DNA from: Octopus bimaculoides
Taxonomy: Eukaryota
Assembly: GCF_001194135.2 (NCBI RefSeq)
Contig: NC_068991.1
Span: 7,271,615 to 7,335,614, forward strand
Length of the DNA stretch: 64,000 nt
Direction of reading: 5' to 3'
Part shown: positions 12,051 to 24,490 of the stretch, piece after piece
Layout of the letters: each line of letters starts with the position of its first letter
How positions within the stretch are numbered: the stretch's first letter is position 1
Made by a program: the position numbers and the translations under genes
The notes under the pieces: generated by a model
What the model saw: only the letters and a program-made list of their open reading frames with translations
Database searches by the model: none
Told to the model about the DNA's origin: nothing

Positions 12051-15000
12051 GAACGGGCTTCCGTCTACCAAATCCATTCACAAGGCTTTGGTCGGCCCGA
12101 GGCTATAGTAGAAGACACTTGCCCAAGGTGTCACGGAGTGGAAATGAACCCAGAACCATGTGGTTGGTAAGCAAGCTACTTACCACACAGCCACTCCTAC
12201 GCCTATGATGATTTTTAACGGTGAATTTAAAGATGCTACTATCATGGGAGAAAATTACAAAGAAATTAAAAGTAACCAAGACGACTCAAAGGAAAAAAAA
12301 AGAGCCCTGCACCTGCTACTTGTATTCGTATTGTCATATTTTCCTCCAGCTGAGCTAATGGACGCCAATAATCCTGTGCTTTACCAGCACGAATTTCTTC
12401 TAGTTTTTCATCAACTTGTTTTACCCTTTCCTCATATAACCTGAAATTAGAAAGACAGCTACGTTATGAATTACCACCTGAAAGAAGGATAAACATTTTA
12501 CCTGTAATTAAAAGTTAAATACATTAAAGGAGCAAGAATCAAAACTGTTTTCATTCATTGTTTGAAGCATTATGATGTAATTAACATTAAAATAAAAAGT
12601 CTTTATTCTTGGTCAAAAAGAAACAAAAACCTGAAAACATTTTTTGAAAGTCACAGTCCAATGATTGAGATTTGTAATGTTTACAACTGAACGTGAACAG
12701 CTACTATGAGAAATGAAGACTTACCGTTCTTTTAAAGCGGAAAACTGATGTTCTAATGTTGCCATGTCTTCAAGACATTCAGCACGCCGTCTTTCTGATT
12801 CTTCTTCATCGATTTCTATTGAAGAAAGCAAAGTGTGAAGTTAAACAAGGGAAATTACAAGTTAAGTCAGATCACAAAATAAGTGTTAGTGACTCCTAAT
12901 TTCTTAGAAATCACACCCCACCATCTTGAAAAAGGAAAGGACACATTAGGTAATGTAATCCTAAATACCCAATGGTGGATTTTAAAGATGTAGGATAGAA
13001 CACTTTAGATCACAGGTCTGCTTAATCAGAGTAAATCTGGTGCCAACAACATAACCAGTTAAAAAGATGATGATACAATTAAAAGCTTAAAAATAGACAA
13101 GCTCAACAATAAAAGAAATGGGGTGGAATTTGGAAAAAATAGGGGACAGTCTAGGCTGGTAACAGTCTCGAGGAGAGTTTGTGAAAGAGTTCAATAAGTT
13201 AAATTGCAATAAGGAAGTGAGAGATTAAATTATATTGTTACTTTGGTTGCAAGTACATAAGTGTCTAACCTACAAATGAAATGACTGTGTCACTTTCTCT
13301 CAGGCAAACTGCAGGTGTCTGAAATGCTGTATCCATTTTCCATCACAACTAAAGTAATACCTGTATTTAAACAGTCTTGTTTCTTTCCAGTTCATACAAC
13401 AAAATATTCATGGTGATATGCTTCTAAGACTATAAGAAGCTGAACTGTTCTTAGAAAATACATCTATCTTAGTTTATAACAGTGGTCTGGTTAAAAGAAA
13501 CGAATATATAAAAAAGTAGTAATAAATTAATCATCTTCATGCTCTTTGTATATGAAAGGAATTGTAGATTCATGGACACCAAACTCACAGCAGCAAAGCT
13601 TTTACAGTTACATGTTTTCTTGATCATCTTTACCTTTCCTTATAGAGAGTACCCTTGCCTGCATTGTTTGTTAGGATCAGGCACCTTCCTATTTTTTCTC
13701 TAAATTAGTCCTATTTTGATGGGTATGTGTATGTAAGTTCATATTAAAGATACAACTTGCAGTATGGTCATGTAAACACAAGCAATAATCTGTAGCTGAG
13801 CATTGTGGATGGCTGCTGGGGCACATTTTTGCAGTATAAACAGAATTTTTGATTGAGTAGGTCTAACTGGAATTTGAACTTGTGCATAGAAAATCAGGAC
13901 AAATATCACAAGACTTTCTATCAGGTTCTGCGAAAATATGTCAGGCCATGGAGAAATATTACTTTACTTGGAAACAGTTGAGAGTTGAGAACAGGAAGGG
14001 GAATCCAACCATAGAATATCTACCACAATAAACTCTGTCAACTCATGCAAGTATAGAAAAGTGGATGTTAAAACAATGATGATAATGAAATACACACAAG
14101 GTTTCTACAAAGCTTCTGTCATCAATTCTTTTCACAAAGCATTTCTGCCTTTGCTAAGCATTATCAGCCCAAGATTATGGTAGAGGACATTTGCCCAAAG
14201 TGCTGCAGAATGGGACAGAAGATAAGACTGTGCAGTAAACAAAGCGAACCTTATATTCACATAGACACACGCACATCTGTAAGGCTGTGGTAGGTGGCAT
14301 TTGGTCATGGTGTGGGGCAAAATGATATAAAGAGATCGATTGCTTATTCTTCTTTTGAATATATATAAACACAGTTGTGGAATAAATTTCACCATTCAAG
14401 ATTACTGACATTTTATTTAGTTTCATCCATTGCTTAGAATGGTGGCCTAAACACTTGTTTGCTGAAGCTATTATGAAACAAATCTGTCACTAAATGGTTT
14501 ATGACAGTATTGCTTACTGTCCCATTCTTTCAATTTATTTAGACAATATGATAAATATATTTCCTGCACCATCTTGTATTGACCATCTGTTCACATTCAC
14601 ATGTATAAAAATACCAGTAAAATGTGCTTCTGCCATAGTAACATTTCCATGCCTGTTTTTCTTCTTGGTGTCAATGAGGGCAAGTACACCATTATCATTA
14701 CATACACACTTTCACCAACACGGTCTTGATTTATGTTAACACACAACTTTGAAATCCAGAAGACCATACCATCTGACTATCAGTTTCTCTCCTTACTAAA
14801 TATATCTGGTGCCTGACTTCTCTTCTAGTTACTTGATCTCATCCAGTTCCCCCACACCTATCCACCTATCTCATTTCAATCTTTTCAAGCCCACCTATTA
14901 GTGGGCAGTTTATATAAACAAATCTAGTATACCTGCTTATATATACACAGCAAATCCGGTGCATGTGACAGGACACTACACAATTTCTGTCTACCAATTC

Positions 15001-18000
15001 ATTCACCAGGCACTTAAACACACCAAAACAGGTTGGGGCAAAAACAGACACACACACAGCTATATATATATATATATGTGTATATACAACAGGCTTCTTC
15101 CAGTTTCCCTCGACCAAATTCAATCACAAGGCTTTGGTCAGTCCAAGGCTATAGTAGAAGACACTTGCCCAAGGTGCCACGAAATGGGACTGAACCAGGA
15201 ACGATGTGGTTGGGAAACAAACTTCTTACCACACGGCCACACCTGGCCAGTTATGGATTTGAACATGGAACTGAGAAGAACAAGATTAATGTCTTAATGC
15301 AACATATTTTGCTTAATGTTTTATTGCCTGGCTATTAATAACGTCTATGACTATATGACTAGAGACAAGGCTAATTCTTTTGTAGATTCAACTATTTCTT
15401 TAATTTACAACGGTACCAGTTTTATCAGCACTTGAGAAATATGAATAAAATCAAGACATTCCCAGTATAATTTGAACCTAGAATGAACAGGGATTCAAAC
15501 TAAATCCTTTGATAAGTCATGTACCAACAAGGGAGCCTTTACTGAGTTATTGAGATTGCTAGAAATAGCAGCAAAAGTTTCCTTTAAATTACCCCTGTAA
15601 GAGTGACACATTAGATAATGCAGTCCTAGATATGTAATGCCACTAATCGTAGTCCTGTTCAGTCAGGGCTGACCTGGAGCTGAACAACAATGATGATTAT
15701 TATTGAGCGAGATCGTTGCTGGTGCCCCTGGATTGGCTCATGTGCGGGCGACACATGAAATCTTCCGAGCGGGACCGTTGCCGGTGCCCCTGGGCTGGCT
15801 CTTGTGTGGGTGACACATGAGGGTTTTCGAGCGAGATCGTTGCCAGTGCCACATGNNNNNNNNNNNNNNNNNNNNNNNNNNNNNNNNNNNNNNNNNNNNN
15901 NNNNNNNNNNNNNNNNNNNNNNNNNNNNNNNNNNNNNNNNNNNNNNNNNNNNNNNNNNNNNNNNNNNNNNNNNNNNNNNNNNNNNNNNNNNNNNNNNNNN
16001 NNNNNNNNNNNNNNNNNNNNNNNNNNNNNNNNNNNNNNNNNNNNNNNNNNNNNNNNNNNNNNNNNNNNNNNNNNNNNNNNNNNNNNNNNNNNNNNNNNNN
16101 NNNNNNNNNNNNNNNNNNNNNNNNNNNNNNNNNNNNNNNNNNNNNNNNNNNNNNNNNNNNNNNNNNNNNNNNNNNNNNNNNNNNNNNNNNNNNNNNNNNN
16201 NNNNNNNNNNNNNNNNNNNNNNNNNNNNNNNNNNNNNNNNNNNNNNNNNNNNNNNNNNNNNNNNNNNNNNNNNNNNNNNNNNNNNNNNNNNNNNNNNNNN
16301 NNNNNNNNNNGTTGCCAGTGCCCCTGGACTGGCTCTTGTGCGGGTGGCACATAAAAGACACCATTTCGAGCGTGGCCGTTTTCGTGCGGGTGACACGTAA
16401 AAGCACCCACTACGCTCTCTGAGTGATTGGCGTTAGGAAGGGCATCCAGCTGTAGAAACTCTGCCAAATTAGATTGGAGCCTGGTGTAGCCATCTGGTTT
16501 CACCAGTCCTCAGTCAAATCGTCCAACCCATGCTAGCATGGAAGGCGGACGTTAAACGATGATGATGATGATGATGACAGATTTTGGGGAAGGATACGCA
16601 GTCAATGTGGTTGACTCAAGTACTTCACTACTACGTATTTTATCGACTCCTGGCAGGATACAAGACAGGGATATTCGGATAGAATGCAAAAAAGGATATA
16701 ACTAAATACTACAAAGCGTTTGGCAGGTGGGGGGTCTAGCAATTCCGTCATTCACTACCTTAATAATAATTCTAATAACGGCACGTCTGAGGGAGAGAAC
16801 AATTAATCAAATCTATCCCATTACTTTAGTGGTACATATTTTATTGATAATGAGAAGTAAAACATAAATTCGACATTAACGCGATTTGAACACAGAAAGT
16901 GAGGAAACTGAAAACTATTTGAATAAGGAATTTTTAACCATCGAGAGATCCTCCATACCAGTAGTTCTCAACCGGAGTCCATAGAGATTTTGTTGTTAAA
17001 ATTTATGTAATAAACTGGTTATATTTCTACAACACACAGAATATTTAAACATTTTTTTAAATGTAATTCCTAATAATACATAATCATAAAAATATAATAG
17101 GAATTTTTAAATATCGAATGGCTATGAGTCACCCCACACACATACACACACACAACTGCCGAGTTAAATGGAAATCAAAGGGATCCATAGACAAAAAATG
17201 GTTGAGTATCGGTCTCTACAATTTTTAGAAATAGCAAATGGTCAAATATCTCTAAAATCTTTTGAAAAAAAAAAAAAAAAAGTTGATGTGGTCATAAATA
17301 TACGGAAAAAAATAAGCGGGGCAAGATGGTTATAACTGGAGCGCTTTTAATCAAAGGTCTGCTCGGTTAGGGTCGTTGAAGTGGAACTTAAGAGCAACCA
17401 AAGTTGCAGAATCGTTTAGGATAAATTCCCATTCTATTCAGCCTTTTTTTTTTATATCCATCTTCCAATTGTATTGGACGGTTTTATATATATAATGCAT
17501 TTATATATATACGCGCGCGCACAACTGTGCTTTTATTTTACTTAAATCATACAACTTTTGTATGTAGAACTATAATTACAACCAACAGCACAATAGCGTA
17601 AGTTATAAGATGGTGTGTAAATGCCTGCATCAACCTAATACACGTTTTTAACCTTTTATTGTCCCCACCCACTAAAGGGGGGGGGGGAAGAAAATTCATC
17701 GGTGAAATGAATTTGAATTCGGAATGGAGAAGTCGATAGTTTAATAATAGTAATCTCTAATCGAAAGAATACCATTTTCTGATATTGCATTACTGGATCT
17801 GTACGGAGAGGATAAATACAGACAACGCAACCCAGCTAAAGAGTTTATGAGGAAACAAAGTTGACTCGTGTGAAATATCCGAAACTTCTCTCACTTCGAT
17901 CCAAGAACTTTTTTCATAACACATTCCAATATAATCGGAATCTACAGCATTTGAAAGGTATCTGTAGAAAATTTCATCTTAAAATGTCCATTTTTCCGAA

Positions 18001-19021
18001 AGTTACGAGGAAACAAATTCGAGGGGGCACATTTGTGTCGGTATACTCTGAGCGTGTGTGTGTGCATACAAAGTGGTAGAATCGTTAGAGCGCCGGAAAA
18101 AAACGCTTGCGGCATTTCTTTCGGTTCTTAACATTCTGAGTTCAAATTTCGCCAAAGTCAACAACTTCGCCTTTTATCCATTTGGGTTGATAGAATGAAG
18201 TACCGGTCAAGTACTGAGATCGATGTAATCGACAACTCCCCTCCCCTAAAACGTTTGGCCTTGTACCAAAGTTTGAAACAATTACTATTATAACATGAAA
18301 TTCCAATTAATAAAGTCTGGATGAGAGAAGAGGAACAAGGATAAAATAATTGTAACGTGTATAACTGAAATTTTTGTTTATTTTCGAACAAGGGGCCAGT
18401 CATCCAAATATAAACAAATCTACGTTTTCCTCAATTTTATGCATGTCGCATGTTGCAGATTTACGCGACAAAAGTTGGTTGGAGATCAAGAAATTAAAGG
18501 CTTATAAATAAAACACGCAATATGTCTAGAAACACGCTAAAAGGCGAAAGAAGGCTGAAGAAAATAACAGAAATGGCGCGCCAAATGTAACTAATTATTT
18601 GCTGCGGGATTATTTTGAAAAATTAACGAATTTCTGCCAACGAAATCAAAATAAAAACATAAAGCAGTCGGGAATGATATTTTGCGGTTTAACGTAACAA
18701 AAGTTTTAATTTTTTTATATATATTTTAATAACAAAATAATCATTCTAATATAATCATTACAAATAAATTAACAAACAGATTCTCCAAGTGCCTTTGCGT
18801 AGGTAACGCTGTTTTGTAAGAAAGCTATTGTAAATAATGTGTATATAAGTTTTACCAGAGCTATCTTCTTCCGAACCAGATGATTCGGTATCTTCATCCG
18901 AACTTTTATCACTTTCTCCTGTATCTTGTTCCATCTTAACCTGTTCCATATTTATGTTTCCGCGTGCTTTATAATTAGAGAAAGTACGATCTATGACAAC
19001 ACAAGCAAAGCCGTCGTTCAT
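8951..19021 (-). CDS. BRMS1L: BRMS1/BRMS1L-family (Sds3-like) Sin3-HDAC complex subunit
   Basis: Minus-strand exons 19021(or 18949)-18856, 12815-12725, 12440-12313, 10905-10826, 10568-10472, 10077-9985, 9854-9790, 9184-9148, 8955-8951, phases consistent. Motifs [64 protein letters not shown]. The start codon (253 vs 229 aa) and the 5-nt terminal coding exon are less certain. Confidence 0.93.
11067..11372 (+). mobile_element. (GAT)n-tailed SINE with internal ~65-nt repeated units
   Basis: Repeated gtaaaaagcaccatcc... units followed by ggaaggacatccagctgtagaa...ccaacccatgccagcatggaaaacgg...gatgatg. Confidence 0.85.
15700..16577 (+). repeat. Minisatellite expansion associated with a (GAT)n-tailed SINE, spanning a 455-nt N gap
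   Basis: Units gagcgagatcgttgc(c/t)(a/g)gtgcccctgg..tggctc.tgtgcggg..gcac on both sides of gap 15856-16310, then the SINE 3' end and (GAT)n. Confidence 0.8.
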
Positions 19022-19046
19022 CTACTTCGGTTCCTGACAACTATCA

Positions 19047-19057
19047 GGCGCATGCGT
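19047..19057. promoter_or_regulatory. NRF1/ewg-like motif GCGCATGCG at the BRMS1-family 5' end
   Basis: ggcgcatgcgt at 19047-19057 in a CpG-containing patch with ETS-like ttcc motifs just upstream of exon 1. Confidence 0.45.
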
Positions 19058-19439
19058 ATGAATAGTTTCCGTTTCCTTTGTTTCCCTGTGCTTTGTTAGT
19101 CTTAAAGTGCGTCTAATGTTTAGTTTCAATTATTTACTCTTCTTTTACTCGTCTCAATCATTGGACTGAAGCCATGCTGGGGCAGCGCTTTGAAAGGTTT
19201 TAGTCGAAGAAATCGCCCCCAGCATTTATTTTTATAAGTCGTACTTTTTCTGTCGGTTCCTTTTTGCCGAACCACTAAGTTACGGAAACGTAAACAAACC
19301 AACACCGGTTGTCAAGTGGTGATGGGGTGAGAAGCAAACTTCTTACCACAGAGCCACGCTTGCTTATTTTAATCCATTCTACACTTTTCATTGTCTCTGA
19401 AATTTCTTTTTAAATCAATATAAATTTACCGATTATTTC

Positions 19440-20150
19440 CATTTCATACGCATTATATGTCAACGAACCTTCGCGCCCATCTTCGATGATTTCTATGTCT
19501 GTTGGGAATGCGACGTAGAGTCGCTGTATTGTCTCGGAAAGATACTGGATTTTGACTATTTCTCTGGACCCATAAAGTAAGTCGGTGGTGCTGGATATGA
19601 CCTGCAGCGATGCCTATACCTTCAGACTAATAGATGTCTACTCCCCAACAGGAGCGAGGTGACTAGATTTCTTGAGGCGTCTGCAGGCTTTCCTAGGAAC
19701 ATCCCATAGTACCAGTGGGTGATTGGAACAGCATCTTTGATGTCTGCAGTGATTAAGTGGACACACTGGGCACACTGTGGGTGATGATGCACTGAGGTTA
19801 CAACTCCAGCAATTCCTAGGCGATAAACAGATGTGGTCTTCGTTTGTCAGACTTCCATTTCCACAGCTTGTCTCTTTGACAGAACTGCAGTCCTAAACCA
19901 AGGGAAGACCAAGACAGGGCACTTGGCGTCTGGAATATCATCAAGTGCTCACTGCCCTCTATCAATAGGGTAGTGCAGTCGGTGGAAGTTCCATCATGGC
20001 GTTCTTTAGTAGGTTAGTGACAGGTAAGAGCGACGATGTTCTCGAGGAAACCTTGGTCATCGACAAGAACCAACTAGCTGATCTGTTCTGGAGGACTTTC
20101 GGGTCGGAACCCATAGATAATTTCCAGAAATTATTAGCCTGGCAGTGCTT
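19440..20150 (+). mobile_element. Decayed L1/Tx1-type LINE ORF2 fragment (APE endonuclease region)
   Basis: GC-richer island. Translation FLDP*SKSVVLDMTCSDAYTFRLIDVYSPTGA..DFLRRLQAFLGTS...VGDWNSI resembles the APE-endonuclease VYAP and GDWN motifs; stops and deletions present. Confidence 0.6.
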
Positions 20151-22256
20151 GCAAGAGGCAGCATTTCGCCCGGCGTGCTAACGATTCTGCCAGCTCAACG
20201 CCATATTTATTGGTAATAATGGTTTCAAATTTTGGCACAAGGCCAGCAATTTCGGAGGTGTGGGCTAGTCGATTACATCGCCCTCAATGTTCAACTGGTT
20301 CTTATTTTATCAACCCAAAAGGATGAAAGGCAAAGTCGACTCCAGTTGTGTTTGAACTCAGAACACAAAGACTGATAAAATACTGCTAAGCATTTTATCC
20401 AGCGTACTAACGATAATGCTAGCTTACCGCCTTATTGAATAATATTAGAAAATCTACTAAATTCCGCCGAGGTTAATTTTGCTTTTCATCCTTTCAAGGA
20501 TGATAAAATAAGTACCAGTTGAGCACTGGGGACGATGTAATTGACTTAACCGCTTTCCTGAAATCGCTGGCCTTGTGCCAAAATTTGAAAGCAATATTAG
20601 AAGTTCGTCTTAGGTGACGTGCAGGCCAAACAATACCTAGCCGTATTTTTCCGACTCATTATGAGTTAACATTCTACCAAGATCGACTCTGTCCGGAGTC
20701 GATAAAATAAAGTGCCATTTAATTACTGAGATCGATGCAATCGACCAACACTCGCCCCTCTAAAAAAAATTACTGGTTCAAAACATTAGAGCCGGCCCTA
20801 ACGTTGCTGGCGCTCTGGGTAAGCTGGAAGGCATGTTTATAATTTTAGTATTCTTTGTCAAAGAGAAAAAGTATAAATCTAGAAATAAAAGTGTTTATTA
20901 CAGTTTATTAAATGTAAGAATAAATGGTTTTATATATTATTTTCACATTTCTCTCCTTGTATATGGAATTTAAAACACGACGTGACACCCTTAAGCACGT
21001 TGCAACCTGGGCGACTGCCCATGTTGCCGATACCTTCAACCAGCCCAGAATGTTTACCATTTATTTTTCAGTTTAACATCACAGACATAGTTTTTTTTGT
21101 TTTTTTGTAATAATTGAAATCGCGGTGCATTGTAATATATATGTATCGTATAATAAATAAATAAACAAGAATAAAAACAAAGGATCAGTTTACTTGTTCT
21201 GAGTTTGAAGCTGAGAGAGTATGTCGCGCAATGTAAATTCTTTTTATTCTCTTAAGAACGATTTTATTTGATGACGTTCGCTGGTTTTATTTTTAATACG
21301 TTGCTTTTATTTCATACAAGTTTTCTTTTACTCTTATTTAAACACGTCCTTTCACATAATTAGGGACGCGGAATTTGTTGACTATCAAACATTGCTCACA
21401 ATAATAGACTTACTTGGATTTAGAGTATCGCCTTGCTGATAAAGTATAGTAATTCTAATATGAAAATACCTAAACGTCCATAACAGGGTTTAATTTTATC
21501 TGCAATTCCTCTGTAACAATAAGGGTTTGTGAGTTCAATCCTAGCTCATTGGAATATATATATATTATATATATATATAGCAAGAGAACACGATAAAAGA
21601 ATTTGCTGATTCAGATATGAGTAAATAGAAATGAATAAAGTTGAGGGTTCTATAAATTTTAATATTATAACCATAATCCTCTTCAGAAATACAGAAATTC
21701 ATGCTTGGGAAAATATCAGTCCCTGTTGAATAGGGGCTGATATGATTAAAAAAATGTAAATATTCTAATAACAGCAATTATATAATTTCTTAGGATTGCC
21801 TTTCATATTGTTATCATTTAAAGCAAAATGCGGACAGTGTTTTCACTTTGGAAGACGAAGTTGGACAAGTTTGTTAAGGAGAAAATTGTGGGCAAGAAAA
21901 GAGATTCATGAGTGAATAAATCAGCCTGAAATAGGAACAATAGAAAACCGGTAACAAATTTATCCGTCTAACATTATCGTATTTCTCTTCAAGTTCCCTT
22001 TAAAGATATTAGATTTCATCAGATCAAGAGGGTGCCGTAATGTTTTCATGATATTTAAGATGTAAGTGGAGAAGAGGTATTGAGATCTGAACGACTGACA
22101 AAATATGATCAAGAATCACTTTCACTTAAATGATTCTACGGCCTCTGATTTATGCAGCCAGCACATTTTTGACAACTTGATTGAGAAAATAATTTTAAAG
22201 CATTGATTCAGTATTCAAACAATATATAGTCTTTAAACTTAGTAAAGAAAGAAGTA

Positions 22257-22308
22257 GACGTCAATGACGTCCAATTTGGCAATAAGCAACATCTGTTGCA
22301 TATATAAA
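22257..22308 (+). promoter_or_regulatory. Candidate core promoter of the FReD gene: two CRE-like ACGT cores, CCAAT, TATA
   Basis: gacgtca 22257-22263, tgacgtc 22265-22271, ccaat 22271-22275, tatataaa 22301-22308; ~285 nt upstream of ATG 22592. Confidence 0.45.
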
Positions 22309-22591
22309 CGCCCTCTTTGATCGATATGGCGTCACTGCTACGTAGGTAAAAATAAAAGCATTGAACGTCATCAAAATCATTCTGCAAGAAAGAAAATCAA
22401 CATTGAGCCACGTACTTCCCAGTTTGAAAGATTGGACTCGTAACTGATTGCAACCACAATCGCAATTATTACAGAAATAAAACTCGTCAAAGTCGTCTCT
22501 ACAACCCGTGTTTAGAAACTAAATACCAAACATCAACTGCAATAAAGGTCAAGCTTCTAATATTACTTTTGAATAAGACAATAGAGCAAAA

Positions 22592-24454
22592 ATGAAGATT
22601 GGATTTATTTTATTGTGTCTCATCTACTCAGCCAGGTACGTAAGATATCTTTGAGCTTTCTTTTACCAACTAACATTACTATAAATTAGACAACAATAAA
22701 TAAATAAATAAAAGAAGATTGCTCTCAGGTTTGGACCTCTCAATCTGCAGAGGCCTTAAAATAATTAAAAGACATATATATGTTGGCAATATTTGTGTGA
22801 GTTCAAATTCTGCCAAGGTTGACTTTACCTTTCATCTTTTTAAGTTCGATAAAATAAGTACCAGTTGAGCACTGGGTTAATGTAATCAACTTAACCCCTC
22901 CCCTCAAACTGATGGCCTTTTGCTCTAAAAAAAAGTACTCACTTCTCTTATTCTATTTTGACCCATTTCTTGGTGCCAATAATTCCTTCCAGTTAATAAC
23001 ACCAACTTATTTTTACACAATTTCCAATTTGAATTTTTTGGTGTTTCCGTATTCAGATGATTTGTTTGTTAATGTTTACAGTTGTCCTCCAATCATTGGA
23101 GAAATTCTTTATTAAAAAGAAAGAAAAAAAAAGATATTTTAATTCTTTCTTCCTTGATATCATAAAAGCAAGTAATTTCAATAAAGACAGCACTTCAAAA
23201 TACACCTGATGACACGTGTGAATAACAATGATGCAATTACACCTGTCATTGTAATCAGAGTCCTCAAACTTCTATTATCATAATCAAATTAGGTTTAAAC
23301 ATTACATATTTTCACAAATCATTTACCTACAATTTACAAAGGTAAATAATAAAATATGAAAAATAATTTTCAAAATTTATACAAGATATAAGTAAATAAA
23401 TAAAACGCTTGATTATATATTACACCAAGAGTTCCTGGAGTTTCTCTCTAAAAATTTTGCAGTAACCCAAAACACTTGTAATCACAAATTATTAGGTTGA
23501 GGAAAAAGTTTGTACACCATGTTAAAATAATGCTTTTTTAAATATTTTTGTGGTGTGTGTGTTCATTCAGTTCATGTCATGCTCAATGGTGACTCACTGT
23601 GTTTGTCAAAAATGTGCAGATAATGCCAGAAAGGCAATTGCATAATTTCTGCTGCTGATAGTCTTTGCCCCTGAAATCTTAATGATGATATCTCCTTGTT
23701 GGCCAGAAACTCTGGCCTCAAGCTTTTAGAATGTTCCACAGAATTCATATATAGTTTTTCTTCAAGAATCTCCCCCTCTGTACTAACTTGTTCAGTCTTC
23801 CTCAACTCCATAACACTTGAGTGTAGTTTGAAATGCTTCATGTGAAAGTATCTTATCATCGGTCTCCTATACAACAGGGCTTCCACACAGTTTTCACTCA
23901 CCAAATCCACTCACAAGACATTGATCTCAGCTCAGGGAGAGTAGTAGGAGACACTTGCCCAAGGTGCCATGCAGTGGAATTGAACCAAAAATCATATGGT
24001 TGCAAAGTAAGCTTCTCTAACCACACAACCATTCTTGCATCTGTTCCTCTATAAAAACTGGAAATGAGTGATGGATTGCATTAATATAATAAATAACTTA
24101 TAGGAATGAATTGATACATGAATAATGAATACATTTTTTTTTCTCCTTTTAATTTCAGATGTGAAAGTGGAAGCAAACAGGACATTTCTCTCTGGTATAA
24201 AGATATGATAAAACAGGGAGCTTTTGAAGGGGATTTGACTTCAGCTCAACTAGAAGTGAAAAATTCTATAGAAAAAATAATTAAAAGTTCAATGAAAAGT
24301 AAAAGATTGTTTGATAGAGAAAAACTTTTAGCTTATGAAAATATTTTGAATTTGAATGACAATAGGGATTTTGAGGATGACGATGAAACAGAATTAAATG
24401 ATGATGATGATGGTGATGATATGGATAACAATAGCGAGGAGGTTAGTGTGCATG

Positions 24455-24490
<36 letters not shown>

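Noticed and set aside
14700-14860. Minus-strand RWYG motif suggesting a LINE relic (similar hints at 1-170, 1290-1380 and 57150-57480)
   Set aside because: Too degraded to assign a family or boundaries with confidence.
15659-16503. Five overlapping 198-267 aa ORFs in the ORF track
   Set aside because: They consist mostly of X residues spanning the N gap within a SINE minisatellite; artefact.
16959-17215. hAT-like MITE end (cagtagttctcaacc); similar decayed ends at ~20790-21050, ~47570-47592 and 322-343
   Set aside because: Partner TIRs are too decayed and no TSD was verified.
24118-24158. ORF-track start MNNEYIFFSPFNF of the 966-aa ORF
   Set aside because: This is the polypyrimidine tract and acceptor of intron 1; the real N-terminus is the signal-peptide exon at 22592.
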